Positions 25,823-43,024 of a stretch of 64,000 bases of DNA are shown one piece after another. The notes beneath the pieces are model-generated. The model did no database searches, had not been told where the DNA came from, and was given only the letters and a program-made list of their open reading frames with translations. How positions within the stretch are numbered: the stretch's first letter is position 1; each line of letters opens with the position of its first letter. The position numbers and the translations under genes were made by a program. The DNA comes from the human T2T-CHM13v2.0 reference genome, Homo sapiens: assembly GCF_009914755.1 (NCBI RefSeq), contig NC_060942.1. One strand, written 5' to 3'.

Positions 25823-26974
25823 GCTTTATCTTTGGCTACAAAAGATATTTCTAAAATGGTTTATGTTCTAAGGAATGCATTTCATGCCACTATGACAGGC
25901 TTTGCATTACAGATGACGTGAATGGAAAGAAAGCAGAACAAGCCAAAACAAATACAAACATGAATAATTTTAAATGCTAGAGGAAAATAAAGTATACGTA
26001 ACCTCTGTATTTCTTTCAGAAGGAATATAACCTGAAAATACTGCTTTCAAAAGAAAAACAATGATCAAAATAATAACTTTAAATTGTATTACAATGTCTT
26101 ATGCTCAAAACTTTTTGTTTCTATCTTGGCATAAAATAAACGATTAAATGAAGATTTAAATCATTCACCTAGCATTAAAACCTCAAGAGTCTAACACTAC
26201 CATTTTTAGTTGTTTGCACATTTTTAAAGTAATGCATTTGTATATATTGTAATAACCTTATAAAACTGTCAGAAAATAGGCCTATTGTGTTCCTTCTTTT
26301 TAAATAATAAGACGAATGATTTCAAAGAAAAATTCCCAAGTATAACATTCAATAGCACAAGTTCTGTGAGCAATTCAGTGTGTTCACATATACTCATATA
26401 TCTTTAGAGTAAAGCTTTATGAATATCATTATAGATGTTTTTAGCCTAATGTACACAGTCTTTCAAAGCATGCAAAATGCTTTTTAATTAATGTGAAATT
26501 ATCTATAACATGGGAAGAAAATACAGCTTAATTTTCCTTTTCAGTTCATAAATTTTAAAAAAAGCAGTAAAAACATACAAAGTTTGTTATGTTCTTATTC
26601 CTTAATGGAATTATTATTTTCTTTAGATCCTGACTCATTTATAATTTGATCCATGATGGCACTTACAAAGAATAATTTGTAATTTCTTTCATTTAATTGT
26701 CCCCTTGAGGAAAAGAAATAAAAAGTTGCTTTTTCTATTGGCATAAGTGGTAATTGCAAATGCATTTGGACTCAGTGATTACTGTTTTTTACTCATTCAG
26801 CCATTTCTATTAATTGAGTGACAACCCATTCTGCAGTTGAAAGAGCTTTAATTATTTGGAAGTTGAAAACCAAACAATTGTGCGTGCGTGTGTGTAAAAG
26901 CACTGGTTTTATATGTTTTTATGTTGGTCTTTACCAAACTGAGAAGTGTGGAGATATTGTTAAGGTTTTTGTCT

Positions 26975-27125
26975 TTTACGCAATGTTATCGAAATGTAAT
27001 TTACATAGCATGAAATTCACCCTTTTAAAGTGTACAGTTTCATGTTTTTTAGTATATTCAAAGAGTTGTGCAACTATCATCATAATCTAATTTTAGAACA
27101 ATTTTTGCATTCCTAAAATAAAGAC
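26975..27125 (-). mobile_element. L1MB-like 3' terminal fragment
   Basis: AAATTCACCCTTTTAAAGTGTACAG...TTTAGTATATTCAAAGAGTTGTGCAACTATCA...TTTTAGAACA. Confidence 0.8.
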
Positions 27126-27134
27126 GAAACCAAG

Positions 27135-27590
27135 CAGCAGGTTTGCCAACTTGTCTGAGTCTGTTGAGACAGAACACCCACACACACAACAAGTTACATA
27201 AGGCAGCTTTATTACTTACAGATAGGCAGCGAGGGACAACAGATGTCTAGGATCCAGAATGAGCAGGTCCCCGAGGCTCAGGAAAGATGCCTGGGGTGGA
27301 GGGACTGCTGTCTGCCCATGCCCCACTTACACTGCAGCTGAGGGACCCCAAAAAGCAGCCCATCCTGGTTTTATATCTTAGGGGTTACTGGGCTAGAACA
27401 CTGATGGATACACTGGGTTATAGTGTGTCCACCGGACTAAAGCATTCTCGGAGGGCCTGGAACAGAGCCCGACTATTCCAGGTGGCTCCTTTTTAATCTC
27501 AGGATGTTGCATTCCCACCACATTCTGTAGCTACTCTTAGGAGCTATAAGCAAGAAAGAGGGAGTACTGGGTCGGCCTGAGGCAGACCCA
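27135..27590 (-). mobile_element. ERVL LTR (LTR42/LTR47-like)
   Basis: Minus strand contains GACCCAGTACTCCCTCTTTCTTGCTTATAG...AGAATGTGGTGGGAATGCAACATCCTGAGAT, a TATAAAA box and AATAAA; subfamily uncertain. Confidence 0.65.
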
Positions 27591-27599
27591 GGTGATTAT

Positions 27600-27781
27600 A
27601 ATTATAAGATTTAAGGGCTCAGGTGATTATAGTAGGCCTTCTCTGATTATCCTGTCTAATATCTTCATTCTAAGGCCCCTAATTTAATTAGATCTGCAAA
27701 GTCCCTTTTATCAAGCAACATATTTGCAGGCTTTGGGGACTCAAGCGTAGGCATCTCTTGGGGGCCATTCTACCTCTTACA
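27600..27781 (-). mobile_element. MLT1 (D/E-like) MaLR LTR 5' fragment
   Basis: TTAATTAGATCTGCAAAGTCCCTTTT...GCAGGCTTTGGGGAC...CTTGGGGGCCATTCTACCTCTTACA. Confidence 0.7.
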
Positions 27782-28131
27782 AGTCAACAGTTTTCCTTGT
27801 CATTTATAGGAAGGTGACATACAGCATTGACCACAAACATTTAAAATTAATGAGATAGCTATACAATAATTTTTGTTTGTTGGTTGGTTTGTTTATTTTT
27901 TTATTTTTTTATTTTATTTTATTATTATTATACTTTAAGTTTTAGGGTACATGTGCACAATGTGCAGGTTAGTTACATGTGTATACATGTGCCATGCTGG
28001 TGTGCTGCACCCATTAACTCGTCATTTAGCATTAGGTATGTCTCCTAATGCTATCCTTCCCCCCTCCCCCCACCCCACAACAGTCCCCAGAGTGTGATGT
28101 TCCCCTTCCTGTGTCCATGTGTTCTCATTGT

Positions 28132-31633
<3,502 letters not shown>

Positions 31634-31637
<4 letters not shown>

Positions 31638-32421
31638 AACCAATACAGAGAAGTGCTTAAAGGAGCTGATGGAGCTGAAAACCAAGGCTCGAGAACTATG
31701 TGAAGAATGCAGAAGCCTCAGGAGCCAATGCGATCAACTGGAAGAAAGGGTATCAGTGATGGAAGATGAAATGAATGAAATGAAGTGAGAAGGGAAGTTT
31801 AGAGAAAAAAGAATAAAAAGAAACAAACAAAGCCTCCAAGAAATATGGGACTATGTGAAAAGACCAAATCTATGTCTGATTGGTGTACCTGAAAGTGACG
31901 GGGAGAATGGAACCAAGTTGGAAAACACTCTGCAGGATATTATCCAGGAGAACTTCCCCAACCTAGCAAGGCAGGCCAACATTCGGGCCAAGATTCGGGA
32001 AATACAGAGAACGTCACAAAGATACTCCTCGAGAAGAGCAACTCCAAGACATATAATTGTCAGATTCACCAAAGTTGAAATGAAGGAAAAAATGTTAAGG
32101 GCAGCCAGAGAGAAAGGTCGGGTTACCCACAAAGGGAAGCCCATCAGACTAACAGCAGATCTCTCAGCAGAAACTCTACAAGCCAGAAGAGAGTGGGGGC
32201 CAATATTCAACATTCTTAAAGAAAAGAATTTTCAACCCAGAATTTCATATCCAGCCAAACTAAGCTTCATAAGTGAAGGAGAAATAAAATACTTTACAGA
32301 CAAGCAAATGCTGAGAGATTTTGTCACCACCAGGCCTGCCCTAAAAGAGCTCCTGAAGGAAGCACTAAACATGGAAAGGAACAACCAGTACCAGCCGCTG
32401 CAAAATCATGCCAAAATGTAA
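31634..32421 (+). pseudogene. L1 ORF1p remnant (N-terminus missing, premature stop near 31786)
   Basis: KRPNLCLIGVPESDGENGTKLENTLQDIIQENFPNLAR...ARREWGPIF...YPAKLSF...QNHAKM*. Confidence 0.95.
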
Positions 32422-32484
32422 AGACCATCGAGACTAGGAAGAAACTGCATCAACCAACGAGCAAAATAACCAGCTAACATCATA

Positions 32485-32791
32485 ATGACAGGATCAAATT
32501 CACACATAACAATATTAACTTTCAATGTAAATGGACTAAATGCTCCAATTAAAAGACACAGACTGTCAAATTGGCTAAAAAGTCAAGACCCATCAATGTG
32601 CTGTATTCAGGAAACCCATCTCACGTGCAGAGACACACATAGGCTCAAAATAAAAGGATGGAGGAAGATCTACCAAGCAAATGGAAAACAAACAAAGGCA
32701 GGGGTTGCAATCCTAGTCTCTAATAAAACAGACTTTAAATCAACAAAGATCAAAAGAGACAAAGAAGACCATTACATAATGGTAAAGGGAT
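32485..32791 (+). pseudogene. L1 ORF2 N-terminal endonuclease fragment (inverted segment)
   Basis: MTGSNSHITILTFNVNGLNAPIKRHRL...CIQETHL...HYIMVKG, then runs into flanking DNA. Confidence 0.95.
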
Positions 32792-33983
32792 TGCTGGTTG
32801 TTAACAGTCAAAAAGTTGGTTTAAATGCAATATATATGATTATTTAACTGATGTTATTTTTATGCCTGTTGTCTCTACCTGTCTTCTTACAATTAATATA
32901 AATTTTTGGACAGGTTCCAGAGGACTGATCTGATAAACTCTCAGCTTCCTTCTTTGTGCTCCTGGTCACACTGCCCAACTTCCACACACAGGTTCTATTT
33001 CCAGAAGAAGTTTACACAAGCTCATTTGGAAATGGACCCCAGGTTTGACGTACACTTTCTAAGTGTACTTTTCCCCTTATTCTTCCCCTTGCCTCAGCTA
33101 CTCCTGTCTTCATAGTTGTTGGCTTCTGGGTGGAAGCTGCTAGCACACTTGCTTCGAATTCAACAACATGGAGCGTGTGATCCCATGGCTGCTGATCTCT
33201 CAGGTCTGGTAGGAGTTCCAAAAGATAGCCATGTGGGCTGTCAGCTCAGCTACCCAGTTGATTTCTACACTTTCCATGGTACCTGTGTAAAATATACAGG
33301 ATCCATTCCTTGCCATTGCAGGATTTCAGGAAGCCAGGGTGTCTGTGAGCTCCTGGAAAGAGATCAGTTCTTTCCAACCCCTAAAGACCCCAAACTTTGT
33401 GAGGCCTCCTGTCTTGTTTCTTTCCTCATTTTCTCAGGATATACCCTGCCAAGGGCAGAAGAACCACAGTGACAGATAGCTTCTCAACCATCTGTGTCTG
33501 TGTCTCACCCTTGTCCTGAGCCTAGCATCTTCATGTTGTGGGAGAGATATACAATAGAAGCCCTCAGTCCCTACCAGGTCACCAAATCCAACAAGGCTCA
33601 CAGCGGGGCCAGTGCCCTTTGAATTGAGTTCAGTGATGGCCCATTGCCTCCCTAACATGCGAACAAGGGCAGAGTGAAGTATGGTGAGGGGAGTGGTATC
33701 TGCAGCCTACCTGGCAGGGAGAAAAGGCTCACTCATTTATATTTTGAAATACTGTCATCCCAACTACATATAAAATATTTAAATTTAGATGCTTGTCTTA
33801 TCTTTTTTCATTGGAATAATAAACCCACTCAAAAATGTATGTTATTTATGAATTCATAACTACATTTCCTTTGAAATTAGCAAATCAATAATGATATAAA
33901 CAATGAATGGTAGTTGTAACTTAAACCAATGTATTTTAGTGGTAGTTTTTAAAGTGTGGCTTTTAATTGAAAATAAATGCCTG

Positions 33984-34230
33984 TTGTACTCACTTATAAT
34001 TGGGACCTATATAATATATACACATGGACATAAGGGTGTGAAATAATAGACATTGGAGACTCAGAAGAGTGGGAGACAGGTGGGGAAATGATGGATGAGA
34101 AATTACTTAATGAGTTCAATGCACATTATTTGGGTGATGGTTATACTAAAGCCCTGACTTCACTACACAGTGTATCCATGTAACAAAACTGCACTTGTAT
34201 CCTTAAATTTATACAAATAAAAAATTAAAA
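33984..34230 (+). mobile_element. L1PB3/4-like 3' terminal fragment
   Basis: TACTCACTTATAATTGGGA...GACATTGGAGACTCAGAAG...CCATGTAACAAAACTGCACTTGTA plus A tail; TSD AAAATAAATGCCTG / AAAATAAATACATG. Confidence 0.88.
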
Positions 34231-34464
34231 AATAAATACATGCATGACTTTGCTTTCTTAAACCTTTATTTTCCAAAAGTTTAGCCTTCACAATTCAGAC
34301 TTTTAGAAAACTATTCCAGCAAAATATGACATGAACTTATTCAGTAAAGTTAACATTAGATTCTCTATTTTCTCAATTCCTGTTGCTAATTAAAATTCTC
34401 ATTACACTCTTCTCCAGATACTTCCAAAATTAATCTAAATAATTGATTTAGGAACTCCTCCAGC

Positions 34465-35000
34465 CATTCATTTCTGTGAAATCAATGACTCTAAAACTGG
34501 GTGGCATAAAAAGCAAACTCTTTTATTAAACTCATAATTTTGTGGGCCAGAAGTTCGGACAGGGCACAGGAGGAACTGATTATTTTTGCTGCATAGTGTC
34601 TGGTCTGGGTTGTACACAAAGCTGGAAAGGCTAGGGTGACTGCTTAGGAGGAATATGCCTGACACCTGAGTCTTCTCCACTAGTATTTGCCAGGGCAGCT
34701 CCACACACAGTGTGTAGCCTGGCTGGATGTCTGCAGAAGCCAATATGCTCCCTTTCCGCGATTCCTTTCCACGTGGCTAGCTTGGGCTTCATCAAAATTC
34801 TCAGTTTTCTTACTCAGTATTTGCTTTCTCAAAGGGAGAATGTTCCAGAAATGCCAGGCCATATATGCTAAACATTATCACTTCTGCCATGTGTCATAGG
34901 TTACACAATGCTGGCCGAGATTCAATATGGAAAGGGATTATGCAAGAGTATGCATACCAGGAAGCATGGTTCATTTGAGCCTGGCTATCCTAGAATCTAA
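34465..35000 (-). mobile_element. MLT1 (H/I-like) MaLR LTR
   Basis: CTAAAACTGGGTGGCATAAAAAGC...CTCATAATTTTGTGGGCCAGAAGTTCGGACAGGGCACAG...CACTTCTGCC...ATACCAGGAAGCATGGTTCATT. Confidence 0.75.
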
Positions 35001-38000
35001 CAGATGGTGCTAATTTCTTCTCATTCTTCTAATTTAATGTTTCAGTTTTATCCGGAATGTTGGATATTCTAACCACGCTATTTTATGTTCTTTGTTTTGT
35101 GATTAAAAATACAGAAAAGGAAGTAAAATAGTCTATTTCTTAGAGGTTGCCTTGAAACCAAGGAATAAATAATACTCTGTTATATTAATGTTACATAGTA
35201 CTAGGTATTAAAGTATATACATAGTCTACAGTCCAAGTGTGTAATCTATTCTAAAATTCCTCCATGGTAGAGTTGCAAAAAGTAAAAGGAAAATGAAAAA
35301 TAAATCCAAACACAATAAAGTATTTGGGCTAATATAGGTAGGTTTGGTTTTGTTGTTGCTGCTGATAAAAGATTGCAGAGAAGAGAAAGATTAGAAGCAA
35401 TACTCACACGCTTGGACACATTCATTCATTCTGTAGTTTCCTGAAGAGTATTGTAAACATTCTAGATTTTGTAGTGAAATGGATTGTGGTTATGACAGGT
35501 TCAGATTGAGATTGAAGATATCTCTGTCATACAGTCTCTTTTATTCTTCCATAAAAATCACAACCTTGAGGAACATAGTTATGCCAAAGTTGTATGAAGG
35601 GGAGCAAGGTGCGGGGAAGAAGAAATCTGTTCTAATTGCAGGTATCATTCTTTGCTCAGAAACAATTCCCTCTTAAATTCGATTTTTAGACACCCATTGA
35701 CTACAGATATTTTTCATTGCCATCCTCTTTAGCTGGCCTAGATGTGGCTCACTGTGAACCTAGCTTCTTTCCTACTCACATATTTATCATATAATTAAAT
35801 ATTTCTAATGTACCACTACAGGAAACATACATATTTAACAATCCACCATATAAACGGTGTTGAGAGGAACTATGCTAACCTTTCCCTGAATTCTTATCTA
35901 GTTCCAAAGGCTTCTTCAAAACCAATGAGTCTTATCATTGGAAAATTTTACACTCCTAGATTACACGTTCTTATTCAAAGGATCCATTTGGCCTCATGCC
36001 TGCAGTTCAATAAGGCTACTGTGTTCTGCGAAGTTACCAGATAAATGGTTTGCCACAATCATAATTCAGAAAACAGCATCTGGAACACACTTGGGAAGTG
36101 TGTGGCACACTATAGGGAGGCTCTTTTCACTGAGTATGCTGCCAACAGCAATAGTGTTGGAACATTGTTAAGAAAATATTGATTCACCATTGTACAAATA
36201 CAATAAAATTCCAATTCTGCACATGGTTCCCAAACTATGTCTGAAGACGTTTCACCTCATTCTTCATCCTATCAATATACTTTATATTCTAGACTTGTCC
36301 AACTACATTATATTCTGAATGCACCATATACTTTTCCTTTTTTAATAACTCAGTTTAAACTATTCCCTCACATGTAAATGTCTAGAATACATATTGCCTT
36401 GTCTTCAATTATCCAAAGCTTACAGCATTAAAATGAAATTCCCCCTTCTATAATTTCCATATGCCATATTAGAACTATTTTTTTTCCTCTAGAACGCCTT
36501 TATGACTCTTGGTATCTCTGTTGCTTCCAATTTATTTTAATTTAATGTAGTCTGTTATAGTTGCCTACTCTACTATTCTTTCTATTTCTTGATGTCAACC
36601 CAAGGCCTAGACCCCAGTACCCCTAATACTGACACCGTGAAAATATTAGGTGTTTAATTACTGTTACCACATGAATAAATGGATGAAGATAGCTAATGAT
36701 CAAAAGTAATGGTATATTCACCATTGATTTTGAGTAAATCGAAATATTCCTGACCCTAAAACAGGGCATCCATAAAGCAGCAAGCAATTAGACAACCAGT
36801 AAGAAGCTTCGGAGAATCTATCAAATAGCTCACAGAGTGGTGATTTTTTACACTTTTCCATGTAGAATCTGCAAATATACTGAATCTGAATTGTCCTGTT
36901 TGATAAATATTTTGTTACAATTTTAACTAAATATGCGTAGCTTAAATACAAAATGTTTCAAAAATGAATTTAGTTATTATTTTTCTTTCATTGCCATTTT
37001 ACCCGTTCTTTTCAAATCACCATGAACTGGGATGAGAAGAAATGAGAAAATAGAAAAATTCGATGTCGAAGTGATTTATTGTAGAACATATTTTCAATGG
37101 AAAAACATAAAAGAATAAGGAGCTTCAAAATGCACATATTCTATGAAAGTGAAAAACAGTAATACTCAAAATTAAAATGCTTTGTAAAATACAGAAGTCA
37201 CTAGCTGAGGGTTTTGTGAAGTTTTGTTTATATTGTTTTCAGTCAGGTTTAGGAAAAGTAGGACAAACACAACTTTCCCATTTCTATGGTTCCATATTAT
37301 ATCACCTGTACCAATAAAAAAGCTTTTATTCACCAGAAAGACTGCCGTTGTGTGCCAGTTGAACAAATATGCATGATTCATATAATAGCCCCTTTTAAAT
37401 TTAATTTGCCTGTAACTATTTTAAATGCTATTTACCTTATCTGCTATTAGAATACACTTCATACAAGATATATGAAAATATATAAACATATAATAAAAAT
37501 GTATTTTCTGTTTTTAAGTAATTTCAAAACCCATGTTTAAAAATACAAAATATATTTTACCCAGCTATAATTAGAACTTTTCTAAGCCTTTCATTATTGA
37601 AAAGAAAAATGAAAAGCTCAAAACAATTTTCATACAAAAACTGAAAACTGTAATCTGAGTGTTTGCTCATATATGTTTTTTATTTTCTTAACTTTAAAAC
37701 ATTATATTTTCTCCTTCCTTCCTTCCTTCCTTCCTCCCCCTCTCTTTCTTCCTTCTTTCCTAATTAATGGAAAAAAGACTTGGTCGAAATGAAGGAAGTA
37801 GATCTTAGAAGTTATCAGTCTTTTGAAACTCATGCACGTAATTCATGTTGTGAGAAAACTGAGAAGTCCCTGGTTCTAACCTATCTTTTGGTCATCACAA
37901 TCATATTCACCTGTCTTGTTTCCATGTGGATATTTAAGAGATGTCTCAAATTAACATGTTCATACCATGTCTAAAACAAAACTTCTTCTTTACAACTCTT

Positions 38001-38080
38001 CCCACCTACTGTCTCCTTACTGTTTTGTAAATGGTATCCCTGTAATTGCTGAAAACAAAAAACCTGACATCACCACTAAC

Positions 38081-38770
38081 TGTCCTATGGATGACCCTAT
38101 GTATTGGCAACCATGGCCTTTGATCAATTTCCTTTTCTTTGCTCCTTCTTCACTTCATTGTCTAGAAAACAAGACACCCACATTCCCCTTCCCACATGCA
38201 GCCAGAGGTTGCCATGCAACCAACTTCTAGACAATGAAAAACAGAACTAGAGATTTTTAAAAGGCTTCCACTGTGGCTTTTGTGGTCCAGGTCAAAGGGA
38301 TAGTTGTGGGTCAGGTGCAGTGGGTGGTTCATGGCTGTAATCCCAGCACTTTGGAAGGTCAAGGTGGGAGGGACACTTGAGCTCAGGAGTTTGAGACCAG
38401 CCTGAGCAACATGGCAAAACCATGTCTCCATAAATAAATAAATAAATACCAAAAATTTTTTAAAGGGATAGTTGTGACTCATACCATCAAATCTCACCTT
38501 TTCCTTCTTTTAATAGGTGAACATGATGTCTAGAGCTGTGATTGCTTTCATATGACAGAGGCAAGAAATATATCAGTAAAATGTCCTCCAGTGAAAGATT
38601 CAAGAACAGAAAAATAGCTTCGATCTTTGAGGGCATTAGTAAACAACAGAATCATTACCAGCAAGTGCTCACTGCCAGACTTCTTAAGTGGGGAAGATAA
38701 CCACCATTTGTTAAGCCACTAAATTTAAGCATTTTATTACTTGCAGCTGAAAGCATTCCTAACCGAAGTA
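38081..38770 (+). mobile_element. MLT1 (J/K-like) MaLR LTR, interrupted by FLAM
   Basis: TGCAGCCAGAGGTTGCCATG...GTTAAGCCACT...TTACTTGCAGCTGAAAGCATTCCTAAC. Confidence 0.7.
38309..38461 (+). mobile_element. FLAM_C Alu monomer
   Basis: Single left monomer with CTTGAGCTCAGGAGTTTGAGACCAGCCTG and (AAAT)n tail; perfect 15-bp TSD AAAGGGATAGTTGTG at 38294-38308 and 38462-38476. Confidence 0.93.
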
Positions 38771-39306
38771 TCTCTCCTTCATTAATGCTCCCCTCCCACC
38801 TTTAACATCAGTCCACCACTAAATCTTGTCCTTTTGATCTTCAAAATATAAGCACCACAACCGTAATTCAAAACTCCATTATCTCTGTCCAAGATTACTG
38901 GGTTAGCTTCCTAACTGGTCTTTTCCCTCGAATTCTACATATCTCTTCTCTATACAACTTAAAGAATGATATTTTTCAGAGTTATTGTACACTCCACTTT
39001 CTATTCCTACTACATAGAATATTCTTTCATGGATTTTCATCTGGTTGGAAACTTCTAATTTTTCTGTTACAATAATGCTGGTTAATATTAGCCATTCAAT
39101 ATGTATTTAGTGGAAAAATACATTTGTAAATGGAAATATAAAAATATCTGCAACACTCAAATGTTTTACTACCTGAAGTCTTCCTAATATATTAATCCAT
39201 TAAGTTTCCAACATTAAGTTTCTGCCTTTTGGTAAATGTATACTGAAATGTATACATTAGTTAGAATTAATTTTTACCTTCTTTTTGATAGATTCCTGAA
39301 GATAAG

Positions 39307-39308
<2 letters not shown>

Positions 39309-39368
<60 letters not shown>

Positions 39369-39407
39369 ACATATGTGTATATATATGTGTGTATGTATAT
39401 ATATATG
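39309..39407. repeat. Compound microsatellite (AT)~14(AG)~13 plus TA/TG-rich tail
   Basis: Read directly from the sequence. Confidence 0.97.
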
Positions 39408-40118
39408 GCAAGGGAGAATATTGTGTAATTATTTATTGCTAATATTTGTCAGGACTAAATTAGTACTTTGCAGTAAGAAATTCACACTGAAAAAATAATA
39501 TGAAAAGGGACTGTTTTGGGACAGGTGTAAAATAAACAATGTAAACACACACACTCTACTTCACAGTCTTTTCCAAGGTTGATTTTGTAGGATATGGCAT
39601 CACAAGGAAGAGGCTCTGTGTGATTTTTAATTCCCAGTGGGTGATATTCTATGAAAGGTTGATTAACAAATAGTGGATCATTACTGCAAGAACATAATCT
39701 AGTTCTTCTTGCAATTCTTCAGTGTCTGCCTCATATTTTCTATTCATCTTAGGCCTGGCCCTAAGAAATAGAGCTATTTATTTCAGTTTTTAATATAACT
39801 TAGAAAAGTTGCATTTTTTTAATCATTGTGCTATTAAATTGAAAGAATGAAGCAATAGTTGCTAAGACAGGTAATTGTGAATAATTTGCCTTCTGTAGTT
39901 AAGAGATCCAACGAAAATATAAAACCTGGTTCAATTGGCTAATGAGGAATTACTTCACTTTTGGTTCTTTTCATTTTGTTTGAATAATATTGCAACAGAT
40001 TCTAAGTTTAAAATGAGAATACTTTTAGTACAAGGAGTTGGTAGAGTTAATATCAGTTTTGTCTCTGATGGGAAGCTTCACTCTTCCCGGAATCTACTTC
40101 TAGGTCTTATTTGATGCC

Positions 40119-40152
40119 ATTATTTTATTTTATTTTATTTTATTTTATTTTT
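40119..40152. repeat. (TTTTA)n microsatellite
   Basis: Read directly from the sequence. Confidence 0.9.
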
Positions 40153-42605
40153 TGGCTAAATACTGCATTGCATGTCTAATTTGCCGTTGACCTGAATGCT
40201 CCAGCCTCTCCCTAAGGCCCTGAGTTCCAGAGCTCTCAGTTAGAAACGGCCAACACTGTGTGACATTCTTTAGTCCTTAACATATATATCACTTCTACAG
40301 CCATCAGAGACTTTACTCTTATTACAGCTGGAATAATGCATTAAAGACATCACACTGACATTTCTACTCTGTGCTGCTTCATCCCAATGGGGGAGGAGAT
40401 TTCTCTCCAAGACCTACCTCCCCCCACCTATATATGCTCTGGAACATACAGCACTGGTTGTGCCACTCTTAGATTCCTCAACTTTCAAGGTTCACATCAC
40501 TGTATCTCTTCATTCAAGACTCATCTCAAGGGGTTGAGCACAAAGTTTACACAAACATCTCTTGGGTCAACGTACAATTGCATTTCCCCCTACTTTCTAA
40601 GCACTAGTCTGGAAATAAAAAAAAAAAAAAACTTACATCTTTCAAAATACATATTTATTAGGCAGTTAGTTGCTAAGAATGTGTTACCATAACTGCTGAT
40701 ACATCTGACAACTCTCCTGGGGCAATGACAGCCCCCTCTTTTGCAAATTTAACAGCTGTGTTTGCAGGGTCTAAGAAAGTAACATATGTGATAATATCTA
40801 AAAATCTTTTTTCTACTTTATCTGTACAAGTTAGATTTTTTTTTTGTTGTTGAAAGGAAGTGACATACTCATTTTATCTTTACTGTTACATATTTATTAT
40901 AAGGATACTGTAAAAAGTATGAAATAATAAGATAAGATACCACCTTATGATCTATAAAATTCACAGACCAACCAACAGGGGCTGGCTGGAATGACCACTT
41001 GTTGTCATTGGGAAGTTACTTTTCCCCAAGCATTTAGGGGAAAAAATGCCTTTCATTGTGAACTGACTGTAAATCTTTCAGGACTGGGTTATCCCTTAAC
41101 TCTTCAATAGCCATGGGACCGAGTGATTGCACCACCCCTTAGAGGCAGGCGTCTACTGTTTGCCAGGCCCTGTTCCTCTCTCTACTCTTTCTAACTCTCT
41201 TCCACACCACTCACCCTTTATGATCTTCCTGGTTGTCATTATAATTTTTGACTGCATACTAACTTACCTTCCAGGCAGAATGGACCATCAACATACTGCT
41301 TGACCCTATGTTCAGGATGTCTTTTCCCTGGCACACCTGGGAACCCTGTGAATGTGTGGTATACTAAAATCTTTCTCTGCAAAACATCTAAAAAAGAGTA
41401 AAGTCTTATTATTTTATGTCAAATACTCATAGGAAACTTTCTTTGAAACTACAGAATATACCTGGTTGATGGACAGGTTCTTAGAACCATAGGTATGTTA
41501 TAAGGGGTGTTTAAGGAACCATATAAATAAATATGTGCTAATTTAACAAACTTGTGTTTTCAATGATCCTGGGCATGTGATGTTGTCATACTGTTTCCAT
41601 TTAATAAGAAGATGCTTTGAAAGACATAAGTTACTTTATGGGGCCAAATCAACTTTGTTGCAAGACAGATAATTTATTTGCCAGTTTAATATGTGGCCTG
41701 CATTGCAAAAACTCTTGGAAATCAGTGGTCAAGTATTTAGACTCCACTAGATTCCTGCAGCAAGGAAATTCTCTGTTTCAAAATGATAATTATTTATGTA
41801 CTAAAGAAAACATGGCTTTGCTCTAAATCCTCCAAGAGATCTTTCTTGAAATTCTCCTGCTAGTTTTGTTACAGGCCTCAAATTGTACCCACCTCTGCTT
41901 CAGACACTTCAAGCACTATTGAAACTATAAAGATCTCTCTTTATTGGAGTAAGCAACTTTTCTGGCTATATGATAAATGAGTTGCAGAAGGTCATTCATA
42001 TGGCGTTTATAAGTTGTTAAAATCCAAAAAGTTACACTGATCCTTCTACCACCTTCCAAGGGGTATGATGGGTAAGTAACAGGACTATGTTCTTCACATT
42101 AATGACGATATGTCCCTGTGTGCCTTACACCACTGGAGGCCCAGAAATTTTAGAAATGTAATAGGTCTTCGTAAGGTTTAGTTTCCGTCTTCTTCCATGC
42201 ATAAAGGACTTGTCACTTCCTACCTGACATTATAAATTTAGCAGAGAAGGATAATGTCCTAGGAGAGAGAAAATCCATCAAGTTGACAGTGGACAACTTT
42301 GGAGTACAAGACTAGGAATTTTATATAACCTTAGGGCAGAATCCTAAACTGCATTGCTGCTATTTTGGGTAAAAATGAAACAGTTTGGTTGTTTATGTGA
42401 AAAAATGATAAGAAATGGCTTCAATGTAACAATAGCCCTGTGCCAAGTGTCAGTGAAGATATGTTGCAATAACATCACATTCAATGTAGTATCTGTAAGC
42501 AGAGCTGCTCTCTACTAGGTTTTGACATACATAGATATCTTTCAAAGGCCAAGCTGGGAAACTAAACAAAAGCTTAGAGAAATTACCATATTTGCACATC
42601 TTTCA

Positions 42606-43024
<419 letters not shown>

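Larger units (their letters stand above)
37900..38990 (+). mobile_element. L2 relic interrupted by MLT1 LTR
   Basis: TCTCAAATTAACATG...TCTAAAACAAAACTTCT on the left; AGATTACTGGGTTAGCTTCCTAACTGGTCT on the right. Confidence 0.6.

Noticed and set aside
28055-28090. G-quadruplex-forming G-rich tract on the minus strand
   Set aside because: Standard feature of the L1PA 3'UTR; not locus-specific
33116-33658. GC-richer ORFs of 74-118 aa right of the L1 (also 6552-6926, 7127-7483, 23658-23981)
   Set aside because: No recognisable domains, several non-ATG starts, some overlap repeats; lengths compatible with chance
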